The notes under the pieces are model-generated. The model saw nothing but the letters and a program-made list of their open reading frames with translations. It did no database searches and was not told where the DNA came from. This document shows, piece by piece, positions 38,141 to 49,260 of a stretch of 64,000 nucleotides of DNA (its first letter is position 1; each line of letters begins with the position of its first letter). The DNA is from Thermoanaerobaculia bacterium (GTDB lineage: Bacteria > Acidobacteriota > Thermoanaerobaculia > UBA5066): contig CAWFJJ010000030.1 in NCBI GenBank assembly GCA_963816185.1, positions 224,001 to 288,000 of the forward strand. Direction: 5' to 3'. The translations under genes were made by a program, and so were the position numbers.

Positions 38141-39345
38141 TTCTGTGGTCCGTCACAGCAGAGCTCGTTCAGGTATCCGATCACACCGCCGGAGACACCT
38201 CCAGCGACCGGTGCCCCAAAGATCAGACGTCTAATGAAGGCCTCGGCCCAGAGAGTGCCGGGCTTTCCATTCATGTAGCTGTTGAGCGCCTTTGGGATTG
38301 CTATTAGTCTCCAGGCTTCGTTGCTTCCCCCAAACCTCTGGGCAGTAAGCCAGTGGTGAAGATCCCACTTGATGCCGAGGTGTTCGGCGCCCCCCAGCGT
38401 CTTCCAGAAGCGGGCACTAACGGTGGAGAATTTGCGGGTCTCATTCAAGAGCCTCGGGCCTGCCAATGCATTACCAGCTCCACGCAACGGAAGGGGCGCA
38501 GCGATGCTCAGCCCCTTGAGTAGAGAGAGCGCTCCTTTAACAACGCCACACAAAGTGTCCCCACTACCAAAGTGCTCACCTGACTGTTGGGCTTCAGCCA
38601 TTCCGGCGGTTCTGAGCAACGCGGCGGCTATTGACGCACCTGCTGCGGCGAGCGGGTCAGTCGACGTTTTGGCAACGTCGTCGTAGAAGGCTAGTGTGGC
38701 GCGTATATCCCAATAGTCGCCAAACTCCGCTCCTAATGGGTCTACCCAGTGAGAAGGCGCACGTCCAGCATAGGAGTAGAAACTACTGTCAACTGCGGGG
38801 CCGAATGGATCCTCCGCAGTGAATCTCCCGGCTCCCGCCTGGTAATACCTAGCCCTGTAGAACCACAGTCCCGCTTCAGCGAACTCGCGTCCCGTGTATC
38901 CGAACGCACTGAAGCGCGTGCCGGTCTCGGTCCGTGTCACGCCCCAGACGTCAAAGATCGAGTGGTGAGTGAGGGTGCCGGCTGGACTGTTTTCGCCTAC
39001 GTCCGTTCCGAGTCCATCGACGTCGATATACGAAAGCGTTCCTGCGCGGTAGAGCGCGAGCGGCTCGTCGATTGAGGGCCCGAAGGCGTAGTCGGTGTTT
39101 GTGCCTGACGTTGTTTCTCTGATGAGATTTAGGCCGTCGTAGAGATAGGTAGTCGTGACCCCGCCAACAGTCTTCGAGATACGTCTCCCCTGGTAGTCGT
39201 AGGTGTAGGCGGCGCCTGTCGCACCCGTGATCGATCGCAGGCGATTATCGAAGTCGGACGAGAACACGTAGTTCCCACTCGGCCCGCTGCGTGCGGTCTG
39301 GTTTCCGTTCAGGTCGAACGCGTAGGCGTTCGCGCCATCGTTCTG
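38137..39345 (-). CDS. Rhs core C-terminus plus HNH-like toxin tip (segment of giant gene)
   Basis: GYTGREF..GLWFYRARYY..GRF..EDP..YSYA..PSHWVDPLG cleavage motif; the tip contains WDLHHW...GGSNE..RL......N. Confidence 0.85.
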   Translation of the reverse strand, partial: QNDGANAYAFDLNGNQTARSGPSGNYVFSSDFDNRLRSITGATGAAYTYDYQGRRISKTVGGVTTTYLYDGLNLIRETTSGTNTDYAFGPSIDEPLALYRAGTLSYIDVDGLGTDVGENSPAGTLTHHSIFDVWGVTRTETGTRFSAFGYTGREFAEAGLWFYRARYYQAGAGRFTAEDPFGPAVDSSFYSYAGRAPSHWVDPLGAEFGDYWDIRATLAFYDDVAKTSTDPLAAAGASIAAALLRTAGMAEAQQSGEHFGSGDTLCGVVKGALSLLKGLSIAAPLPLRGAGNALAGPRLLNETRKFSTVSARFWKTLGGAEHLGIKWDLHHWLTAQRFGGSNEAWRLIAIPKALNSYMNGKPGTLWAEAFIRRLIFGAPVAGGVSGGVIGYLNELCCDGPQK

Positions 39346-41900
39346 AGAGCTCTTGCCCGTCGAGCGGGTTCGCCCCGTTCTTGAAGTACGTATAGCTCTG
39401 GATGGCGGCGTTCACTTGGTTCGTCAGCCTATTCCCGATGGCGTCGTAGGTCCACTGATCTACCTCGCCGTTGAAGGGCGGCGCGGCCGGATACTGAGCC
39501 TTCACGAGCTGGTAGAGCGGATCATACGAGTACTTCGTCTGTGCGTTCGTGAAGCCCTGGTTCGGGACGTTGGCGGTCATCGAGACCCTCTGCCCGAGCA
39601 TAGTGTTCAGCCCCGTCACCCAGTCGACATCGTAGCCGTAGGCGTACGTGGCGAGGTTCTTGGCGCCGAGGGCGTTCGCGATCTGGGTGAGCCGCCCCTG
39701 GTCGTCGTAGACGTACGTCCGCGTCTGCCCGTTCGGGAACGTCACCGTCTGGTACTGCCCCCGCGGGGTGTAAGCGTACTTGAAGAGCCCCGCCTGCGGG
39801 CTCCAGGAGATCGTGTTGAGCGAGCCGTCGGAATAATAGGTGTGCGCCGTCGTGACGTTGGGGGTGCCGGCGATAGTCATCGTGTCAACCCGGTCGTCGG
39901 GGGTGTACGTATAGCTCAGCGTTCCGCGCGGACCTTGGACGTTCTGGGCGACGCGGTAGCTCGTGTCGTACCCGAACGTGTGGGTCTCGCTCGGGGTGAG
40001 GGTGGTGTCGACGACCTGCGTCAGCTTCTGGCCCTGATACGTGTACGTGATGGTCCCGTTGGAGCCGTAGTCCTTCTTCTTGAGGCGCTTGAAGCCGTCG
40101 TACGTGTACGCGATCGTCTGCCCCCTGCGGTCAGTCTTCGACGCCAGGAGGCCGCCTCCCCCGTAGGCATAGCTCTCGATCGAGCCATCGGGGAACGTCG
40201 TCTTATCGAGCCGCTTGAGCGGATCGTAGTGGTAGCTCGTGACGTTGCCGTTGGCGTCGGTGATGGAGGTTAGGACGTCGTTCATGTAGGCGTAGGTCGT
40301 GACGTTGTTCAGGGCGTCGATCGACTTCAGGAGCCGCCCGTGCTGGTCATAGCCGAGTTTCGTGAGTCTTCCGTTGGGATCCGTGATGTTCGTGAAGACG
40401 AGGCCCGAAGCGCTGTCGTAATTGTCGTAGGTGTAAGTGGTCGTGAAGCTGCCCGGGAAGCTCGGCGTGGGTTTCGGCAGGGTGACTGTGAGCACGCGGC
40501 CGAGGGCGTCGTAAGTGTATGTCGTGTCCTTGGCCGCGGGATCCGTGATCGTCCGCGAACGCCCGACGCCGTCGTAGTTCGAGTACTGCGTGATGGGGCG
40601 GATGCCGGAGTCGGCGTTCGTAGGTTGGGTCACAGTGGTGAGGTTCGCACCCGTATAGGCGTAGTTCGTCACCGCGCCTGTCGATGAAGTTTGCTGCGTG
40701 ACACGGCCCTGCGCGTCGTATTGGAACGTGGAAATGGTACTCGTCGTCGCGCCGTCGCTCTGGAGGCGCTTAACGTGGTTCAGGGTGCCCGACGCGAGGT
40801 AGTCGTAGCGCCAGCCTTGCCAGTTAGGTTCGAAGACCCCGGAGACAGGATTCTTCGGCGTGACCGAGGTGACCTTGTCGGGGAAGGCAGGGTCGTACGT
40901 GTAGTCGAAGCGCACGGGGGACCCGAGCACGTCGCGCGTCACGCTCGTGACGCGGCCGGCCGGGTCGTACGTGAAGTCGGTCCTCACGCCAACCTCGTCG
41001 ATGATCCTCGTGACGTTTCCGTCGCTGTCGTAGTCCTTGTGGGTCGTCCCCGAGCCGCCTGTCGCAGGGGGGGTGCTGTCTACAAGCAGGCCGGCGCCGC
41101 GAAAGCCACGGTCGTACTGTTGCCCAGAGAATCGGTCTTTCTCGTATGGGTCGTGTCGATGTAGGTATAGGAATAGGTCTCGAAGTTCTCGGTATAGGTC
41201 TTTGCCCTGTCGGCCACGTCGTAGGTCATAACTGTCAGCACGCGGTTCCAGTGGTCGGCGATCTGAGTCAGGAGCGGCCCGAAGCTGCCTTGCGCGTAGC
41301 CGTAGCGCGTTGCCAAGCCGGCGGGGTTGGTGACGGACGTCAGAGTCCCGTCGGCGGCGTAGGCGTACTGGACGCTTCTGCCGGCCGAGTCCTGGAGGCG
41401 ATCGATCTTGCCGTCGCCGCGGTAAGACACGGTGATGAAGCGGCCGGACCCCGAGGCATCGGCGACCTGAGTCGGCCTCCCGCTTGCGTCGTAGCCGATC
41501 GTGACCGTGTTGCCGTACTCGTCCCTCATGGAAACGAGGCGGCCCTTGTCGTCGAAGTGGTAGACGATTCGGCTCCTCTCGAGAGTCAGGTCGAAAGTCT
41601 TGTCCACGTTCCTGACGAGCGTGTCCTTTCGGCCCTGAGGCGGCGTGAACGGCCCGCTCGCATTGCCGAACGTGAAGCGGAAAACGACGCCGGTGGGCAT
41701 CTGAATGTCGAGCGCCTGGCCCGCCGAGGTGGCGACATACGCGAGATGCGCTTGAAGGCTCGAGCTCCAGCCGATCCCGTTGAGGTCGCTCTGGCGCTTG
41801 GAGCTGAAGTACTTGCGCGAGACCTGAAGGGGCAGGCCGGCTGTCGGAAGAACGAGATCGGTCGCCTCGCTTTGATAGGTGCCTGTGGCCGCGAAGACCG
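39345..41900 (-). CDS. Rhs/YD-repeat cage with DUF6531-like start (segment of giant gene)
   Basis: SPVFAATGTY...DL.LP..GLPL..SRKY.S...G.GW, followed by many YxYDxxGR repeats; frameshift near 41095. Confidence 0.85.
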
Positions 41901-44414
41901 GTGAAGCCGTGCACGGACTCTCGATCGTCTCCCCATCCTGGCACGTACAGCACATGGCATTCGGATCTATCTTGTTCTCGACGACGAAGAAGGCCTCACC
42001 CCCCCAGTACTCGGCCTCGGGTTGATCCCCCTGTTTGTTCACGAGGCGAATGCGGTATCGCGGCGTATCTCCCGAAGATGGGTCCACTTGGAGGAAGTAA
42101 TAACCAAGCCTGGCCGGAGCCTTCAGCAGCTCGATGCCGAGATAGCCGCGGTTGTTCGAGCCCCCGGATGCATTCAGGGTGACCGGGTCGATGACTCCAT
42201 CGAGGCTGTCGAGCGGCGGAACCGCAAGCGTGTCGCACGGTCGGCCGGCCTGGCCGCTCGGTCCGGACTGCTGGGGAGGCCCTTCGTGATCGAAGCGCGG
42301 GCAGCGGTGGACGCGGAAGGCGCCCTCCGTGACGACTTGCCTTCCTCGTCGCGAAGACTCAGCCGGAATCTCGGCGCATCGCTCGTCTCCAGGCGCGGGT
42401 CCTGTGGATTCTTGAGCCTGTCGACGACGCATCGCGGCGCGCTGGGATTCTGTTTCCAGATCGTGTGCGGGTCCTCGAACGCTTCCACCTGAAGGGGCCA
42501 GCTTCCGATGACTGACTCCCCGTCATTCGGAGGAGAACAGGCGTTGGACGTCGCCGGCGGAAGTCTTGGGCATCGCAGATGTGGTGGCGCCGGGAGCCAC
42601 GCTGAACGGCGTGCCACGTCATCGACTCGGAGGCGCGCCTCGTAGCTCGCGAACGGCACGAGCGCGTGATAGGTCTCGCGATAGAATTGGAGGTACAGGT
42701 TCTTGGTGACGGTTCCTCCTGCCCAATCGGGGTCGTTCGGATAGTTCACGCTCAGAGTCGTCGTGTAGCGGCTCGCCGGCATAGAGGGGTCATCGTTCTA
42801 ATGGACGCATGTGGAATAGCCGGCGAAGTCGGTGGTGTCAGAGCTCTCGCCGAATATCGACAGCGTCTGGTCCTTGAATTCCACGAAGATGTTCGGTTGC
42901 GGTTGTGACGCCGAGGTGGACGTATAGCCATAAGTCACGTTGTCGTACCGGTCGTTGAGGAAGTAGGAGTTGAAGAGCTGAGTCCAGAGGCTCTCGAACG
43001 GAGGATTGCCGTTCAGCTTCGTGCCGCTCCGGAACTTCAGGAAATCGGACCAGTACGCCAGGAGGTTCGGGCAGGGAGAGCGCGACGCGTCGACGCAGGA
43101 GAAGTAGTCGGGCTTGCCAGTTCGACGCGGACGGGATAGAGGTACTCGTTCTGCAGGGAAAGTCCGGACGCGTCGAGGGTGTTGATTGCTAGATCGAGTA
43201 TCTCGCTCATTCCCCAGACGGGCTTGTAGGGAGGAGTCGTGACTTCGACGCCGAGGAAGTGAGAGTAGGTTCCGAGATTGAAGCCGATCTCCTCGTCGGC
43301 GCCGGGAGTTTCGTGCCAGAAGAGGGAAGCCGATTCGCATTCGATGCGGGCGCCTGCCGGGTCGAGAATGATCGTTCCGGGGGCGGCGCCTCCGGGAGCC
43401 AGACTGACGAGGACCGGATAATTGGGCGTCTGTCCGTAGGCGTCCTTGATGGCGATCCTGAGATGGATCTCCTTCCCCGTCCTGTGCCCGTGAATGCCGT
43501 CGATCTCGTCGACCACGCCGTTGGCCGTGCTTTGCCCGGTGGAGGGAGTCTCGTCGGTCAGGACGACCGTGAAGGGGGGATTGACCTGTAGTGCGCTGAC
43601 CGCGGCTTCGTCGAAGACCGTGGGGAAGCACCCGGTAATGACCTGGGTATGGATCGTAAGCGGCCGAGCGGGCGATCGAGCAGCATGGGGCGCGGAGCCT
43701 GCCGCACGTTCGAAGTCGAGGCCGACGAGCTTTGGTGCGCAGAGTCGCGCGCCGCGGGGATTTCAGCTCCTCCCCGGCGATCGACTTCCTCTCTGCCAGC
43801 TCGGGCGCTGGGAACCTCTCGAGGCGGCCGCCCGAGAGGGAAAGGTCGTGGCCTGAAATGCCGACGATGCTGATCGGGAGGCGGCCCGCGGGCCGATACC
43901 GCTGCACGGCCACCTTTGGCGACTCCTCGTCCTGGCGGGATGTGACGGCCGCAGCAGTCTCCTCTTGAAGGACGACACCCTGAGCGAGTGTCGAATCGAC
44001 GAGCACCGGCGAGAATCCGACCTTGCCGGGCGAAGTGAGCTTGGCGTAGACGAACGCGTAGCCGTCGACGCTCGTCGTCGTGGTGCTGCCGCCGACGAAC
44101 TGGACAGTACCGAGGTTGTCGGGGGACGAAATGACGGTATGGTTGACATCGGCTCCCGAAAGCGGCCAGCCACGCGGGTCCAGCATCAGCGCATTGGTCG
44201 ACAGTGTGGTGTTGACCGTGAGGGTGTTGTGGTTCCCGCTAAAGGGGACGGCACGCGAAGTCTGCGGGACAGGCGCCATGAAGGCGACGTTGAAGGTCAG
44301 CCGGTAATCGCCGCTTCCTCTGATCGTTTCGACGGCGATGAAGTAGACGCCGGTATGGGGCAGCACCGCATTCGTGATGGAGGCGTTGTAGTCGACGCTC
44401 GGGACGTCATCGAA

Positions 44415-47400
44415 GCCTGGAGGTTCTCGTAGATGAAATGGTCCGGGGAGACGATCTCGACCTGAGGATCGAGGGAAGCCGGATTCCCGAATGGGATCGA
44501 CGTGTCGACACGCTGCATCGCGACCGACACCCGGGAGCCGGCCGTCGCGACGAAGAAATAGTAGTTGTAATCGGCGAGATCGTTCAGCGGGACGTCGCCG
44601 GTGAGGGTGCCGGTGACCGTCTGGCCCGGCCAGATGCGCTTAGCCCAGTTGTGCTGATCGCGCGCGACAGGCGGGTACGTCTTCTGAGCATTGTCGACCC
44701 CGACCCACAGGTTGTTGGTCGATTCTAAGCCGGCCGCGCTTCGCACCGTGAGGTGGTAGATACCCGGTGAGGCGCCCGCGGGAATTGCGAACGCAGCGTA
44801 CTTGCCGCCGACGTCCACCGTGGCCGCGAGGTTTGAGGAGGGGCAGGTCCCACCGACGGTACAAAGTGGGTTCTGGAAGTTCGTGAGCGAGTAGACGGGC
44901 CCCGTGAACGTAACGGTGCTGCCCGCCTCAATGCTAGAACCGTAAATGACCGGACTCGTATCTCCTGCGAGAACCCAGCCGGGTGCCACACCACTCAACG
45001 TCTTGGAAACGACATTGAGCGTGGCGGAGGCCGTGAACTCCAGGAACGTAGCCGAGATCGTTGTCGCTCCGGTGCCCGAGGTGGGCGCGACGCCGATAAG
45101 GAATGTCCAAGCGGTGCCAACGGTAATGAACCCGGACTTGCCACAAGGGAAGATGACGCAGGCCCACGATGTGGTTTCCGTCAGGGCGATTCCGGGGTTG
45201 CTGGACGAAAGGGCCACCGGGAACGGCTCGTCATAGCGGGGTGAATAGCCGTCAAATCGGATGTAGCCGGAGGCGCTTCCTCCGGGTAAAACGGTTGAGG
45301 GATCGATCGAAAACGTCACTGTGCCCGGGGTGACGGTAATCGTCGCGCTCTTCGTGACGCCATTGAGGCTGGCCGACACGGTGCCGGTCCCTCCCCCTGA
45401 GCTCCACGGCGCGACCATTTCGAAAAACCCATCTGTCTGGCCGGCCTGGATCGAAACTGTCCGCGAGCTCCCGTACCAGCTATATCCAGTCGGGATGAAG
45501 AAATCCACGGCACCGGAAGATGTTACTTGGACGTTGACGCCGCCGGCGGGCGCGGGTCCATTCAATACGACGTGGCCCCCGAAGGAGTTCCCGGCTTTCA
45601 ACGTCTGGGGAATCGAGACGCTCGTCGGGCCGAACGGGTCGACGGCGAGGGTCGCCGTGACGCTCGCGGCTGCATATGTTGTCGTGATGACGACCGGAGT
45701 CGAGACGGAAACTGGAGTCGTTGCGACGCTGAAGGTCGCGCCCTGCGCGCGCGCAGGTATGGTCACGCTCGCAGGCACGGCGGCCGTTCCGGGCAACGAG
45801 GACGACAGCGCGACGACCGCTCCGGCTGGCGGTGCATAACCGTTCAGACCCACGGTCGCACTCCCGTTTACGCCTCCTCCGACAGAGGTTGGCGTTAGGA
45901 CGAGCGAGGCCAGCGCCGCAGGATTGACCGTCAGCAAGGCCGTCTTCGTCACGCCGTTGTAGTCGGCGGAGATCGTCACGGTCACAGTGGATGCGACGCC
46001 CCACGTCGAGATCGTGAAGGTCCCTGAAGTTGAGCCGGCTGGGATGTTCACGGCCACTTGCTGGTACGCGCTGGTCGTGTCGGAGCTCGAAAGTCGAACC
46101 GAGGCTCCGCCAGCGGGCGCCAGAGCATTGAGCGTGACCGTACCCACGGCCAACGGGTGGGCTCCGCCCACTATATTTGCCACGCTCAGCGAGAACGACG
46201 CGAGAACGACCGGCGCGGGCGTGACCGTCAGGACGGCTGACCGCGTCTCGTTGCGGTAGCCGCCTGTCGCGGAGATCGTTGCGCTGCCGGTCGTCAATGA
46301 GGCGTTGGTGTTGACCGGGAAAATGGCGCTGCTTGCGCCGGCCGGGACCGTCATGCCCGGCGGGACCGTGGCGACGTTCGTGTCGGAAGACGCTAGTGTG
46401 AGGATGAGGCCTGCCGGCGGCGCGCTTCCGATCAGCGAGACGGTTCCCTTGGACGGCGTGCCGCCTAAGAGACTGAACGGACTCAGCGTGACGGACTGGA
46501 GAATGGCCGGGTCCACAGTGAAAGAGGCGGTTTGCGTGACACCGGCATATGTGGCCGAGATCGTGACGCCTACGGACGATGCCACGCCAGTGGTCGTGAC
46601 GGTGAAGTCGACGTACGTGGTACCCGCCGGGACCGTGACATTCGGCGGCGTCGTCGCAACGGGCGCGTTGGAGCTGGAAAGCGAGACGACGATCCCGCCT
46701 GCGGGCGCGGTCGTCGTGAGCGCGACACGGCCCGTCGCCGGCAGGCCGCCGTTGATGACCGCCGGGGACACGGTTGCCCAAGTTAAGGTGGGTGCCAGGG
46801 CCGTAACCGTGAAGACGCCGTATTGCGAGAAACCGGCAAAGTATGCCGTGATGTGAAGGTTCGTCGTCCCGACCACGGGATATGTCGTAACGGGGAAGGT
46901 GGCGCTCAGGGCACCTGCCGGGATGGTCATGTTCGCTGGCACCGTGGCCGCGGGCGTGTTTCCGCTCGAAAGCGTTACCAGCGCTCCGCCGGCGGGCGCG
47001 ACGCCGCTAAGTGTGACCGTGCCGGTGGACGGTGTTCCCCCCTGGACGGAGGTCGGGTTGAGCGTTACGGACGCGATCAAAGCCCCGGAGACGGTGAGAT
47101 TCGCGGACGCCGACCTCGTTCCGTCTGATGCCGTTACGGTGACGGTCGTGTTACTCGCCGTGCCCGCTGTCGCAATCGGGAAACTCACGGAACTTGCCCC
47201 GCCCGGGACGGTCGCGGTCGCCGGCGGGATGACAAGCACGGGATTGGAGGAGCTGAGAGACAACAGATGCCCAGCCGTCGGCGCCGGCCCGTTGAGCGTT
47301 ACAGTGCCAGTGGAGATGCTGCCGCCCTGCACGTTGGTTGGCGACAGGGCGAGGGTCCAGACTATTGGAGCCTGGACGGTCAGAGACCCCGCTACCGTCA

Positions 47401-49260
47401 CGCCGGCAGACGTCGCGGTGACACTTGCGAACGTGGCGCTTGCTACCGGGGACGTCGAGAAGGTGAAGGAAGCTGAGTTCGTTCCCGCGGGCACGAGAAC
47501 GCTCGCCGGAATCGAGAGCACGGACGGCGCGCTCGTACCCAGAAGAACCGTCGCACCACCCATCGGAGCCACGGCGTTGAGGTACACCGTCCCGGTTCCG
47601 CTACCCATATGGGCGCTCACGGAGAGGCTGATTGGAGCCGCCGAAGGGGTCACGTCGACGAGGGGCGTCATCACTTCGCGGCCGAAGCTACCGCTCAGGA
47701 CGACCGATGCGGTGGAGGGGCCGCGCGTGACCGTGGCGTTGACGCTCGTAGAAGTATTGCCAGCTGGAATTATGGTGCTCACGGGAAGGCTGACGACCGA
47801 TGGGTTCGAGCTGTAGAGGTACACGTAGGCGTAGATCGGCTGCGGGTCAGTGATGCCAAAGGAGAGAGTACCGCCGTCAAACGAAGCCCCTACGGCTGTG
47901 CTGGTACTCGAGACCGTGATCGTCGTCGACCGCGATATACCTGCAAGACTCGCCGTGATGACAACGGGCGAGGCCGAGGCCGCTCCCAGCGTCACCGACG
48001 TGACGGCCTGGAGGGGGGGATATCCAGTGGGCTCCACCGTGGCCGGGACTGGTACCGCGGTCGGATTCGAGCTGGTGAGGTTGACGACGTACGTTCCGTT
48101 AGCGTTCTCCACGTTCAGGACAACTTGAATCTGGATAGACTTGCCCGTGCGTCCATACGGGGGGACGCTGATCGAGCTCAGCCCTACGGCCGAGGTATCC
48201 GTCAGGAGGGCCGACGCGCTTCCGCTTGGAAGCGATGCCGTGATCGTCGATATCGTCGTCGTTGCCACCGCGGCCGCATGAACCGGGAACGTAACAAGGA
48301 GAGCGCCAGCCGGGACGAGAATCGTCGCGGGCACGCTAATCATTGGTGTGTTGGAGCTCGTGAGGGAAACCTGAAGGCCGCCCCCGGGGGCCGGTTCGCT
48401 GAGAGCGACCGTGCTTTCGAGGTCGGCAGGCCCGAAAATGCTGTCCACCCGTCCGACATAGGGCCACTTAGCGGGCTGCGATATCGATACGACGGTTGGA
48501 CCGGGCGTGAGCATGACGTGCGCCTGGTTCGTGATACCGGCGTTAGTCGCCGAGATCGTCACCCACGTAGACGAAGCCACACGGGCGTACGTGACCGGAA
48601 ACGTCAGGACGCGCGTACGGCCCGGCACCGTCACCGACGCCGGAACCACGACACTCGATCTGTCGCTCGTAATGGTTACGACCGCGCCGCCGGCCGGAGC
48701 GACTGCGACGAGAGAAACCATAGCCGTCGCCGTCTCGCTTCCGGATGCAATCGCAGGGCGGACTTCGAAGGAGAAGCCCTGGACTGCACCAAGCGAGATG
48801 ATGCCGGCGTCGGTCGTCTGGCCAGTCATCACGGGCAGTGAAGCCGTCGCCACGGGCTGGAAATTCTGTGCCGTGATGGTCAGTGTGCGATTCCCGGGAA
48901 CGACAGGAAGGGAGAACGAGCCCGAGCTGTCCGTCGTGGCGGTCGTGGCAGAACCCGTGACAGTAACGACCGCGCGCGGAACAGCGACCCCGGTGGAAGC
49001 ATCCCGAACAGTGCCGACCACGGCACCGGGCGGCGGATTGATCGTGAGCGTCGCAGCCTTCGTGACGGCCGAGGCGGTCGCCGTGACGGTCGCGGTCGTC
49101 ACGGTTCCGATGGCGCCCGTCGCGACCGTGAACGTTGCCGTCGTCGTCCCGCCTGGCACCGTGACGCTAGCCGGCACCGTCGCGGCGGCGTTGTCGGAGG
49201 AGAGATTCACCACGAACCCGCCCGACTGTGCTGGAGCGGTGAGTGTAACCGCGCCGTGGA
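44415..49260 (-). CDS. Second Ig-like repeat block with carboxypeptidase-regulatory-like and PPC-like domains (segment)
   Basis: GTVRDASTG..V...TTDSSGSF, about 13 further repeats, then DYNYYFFVATAGSRV..LDP. Only the part of ORF 44297-51166 below ~49260 is real. Confidence 0.82.
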
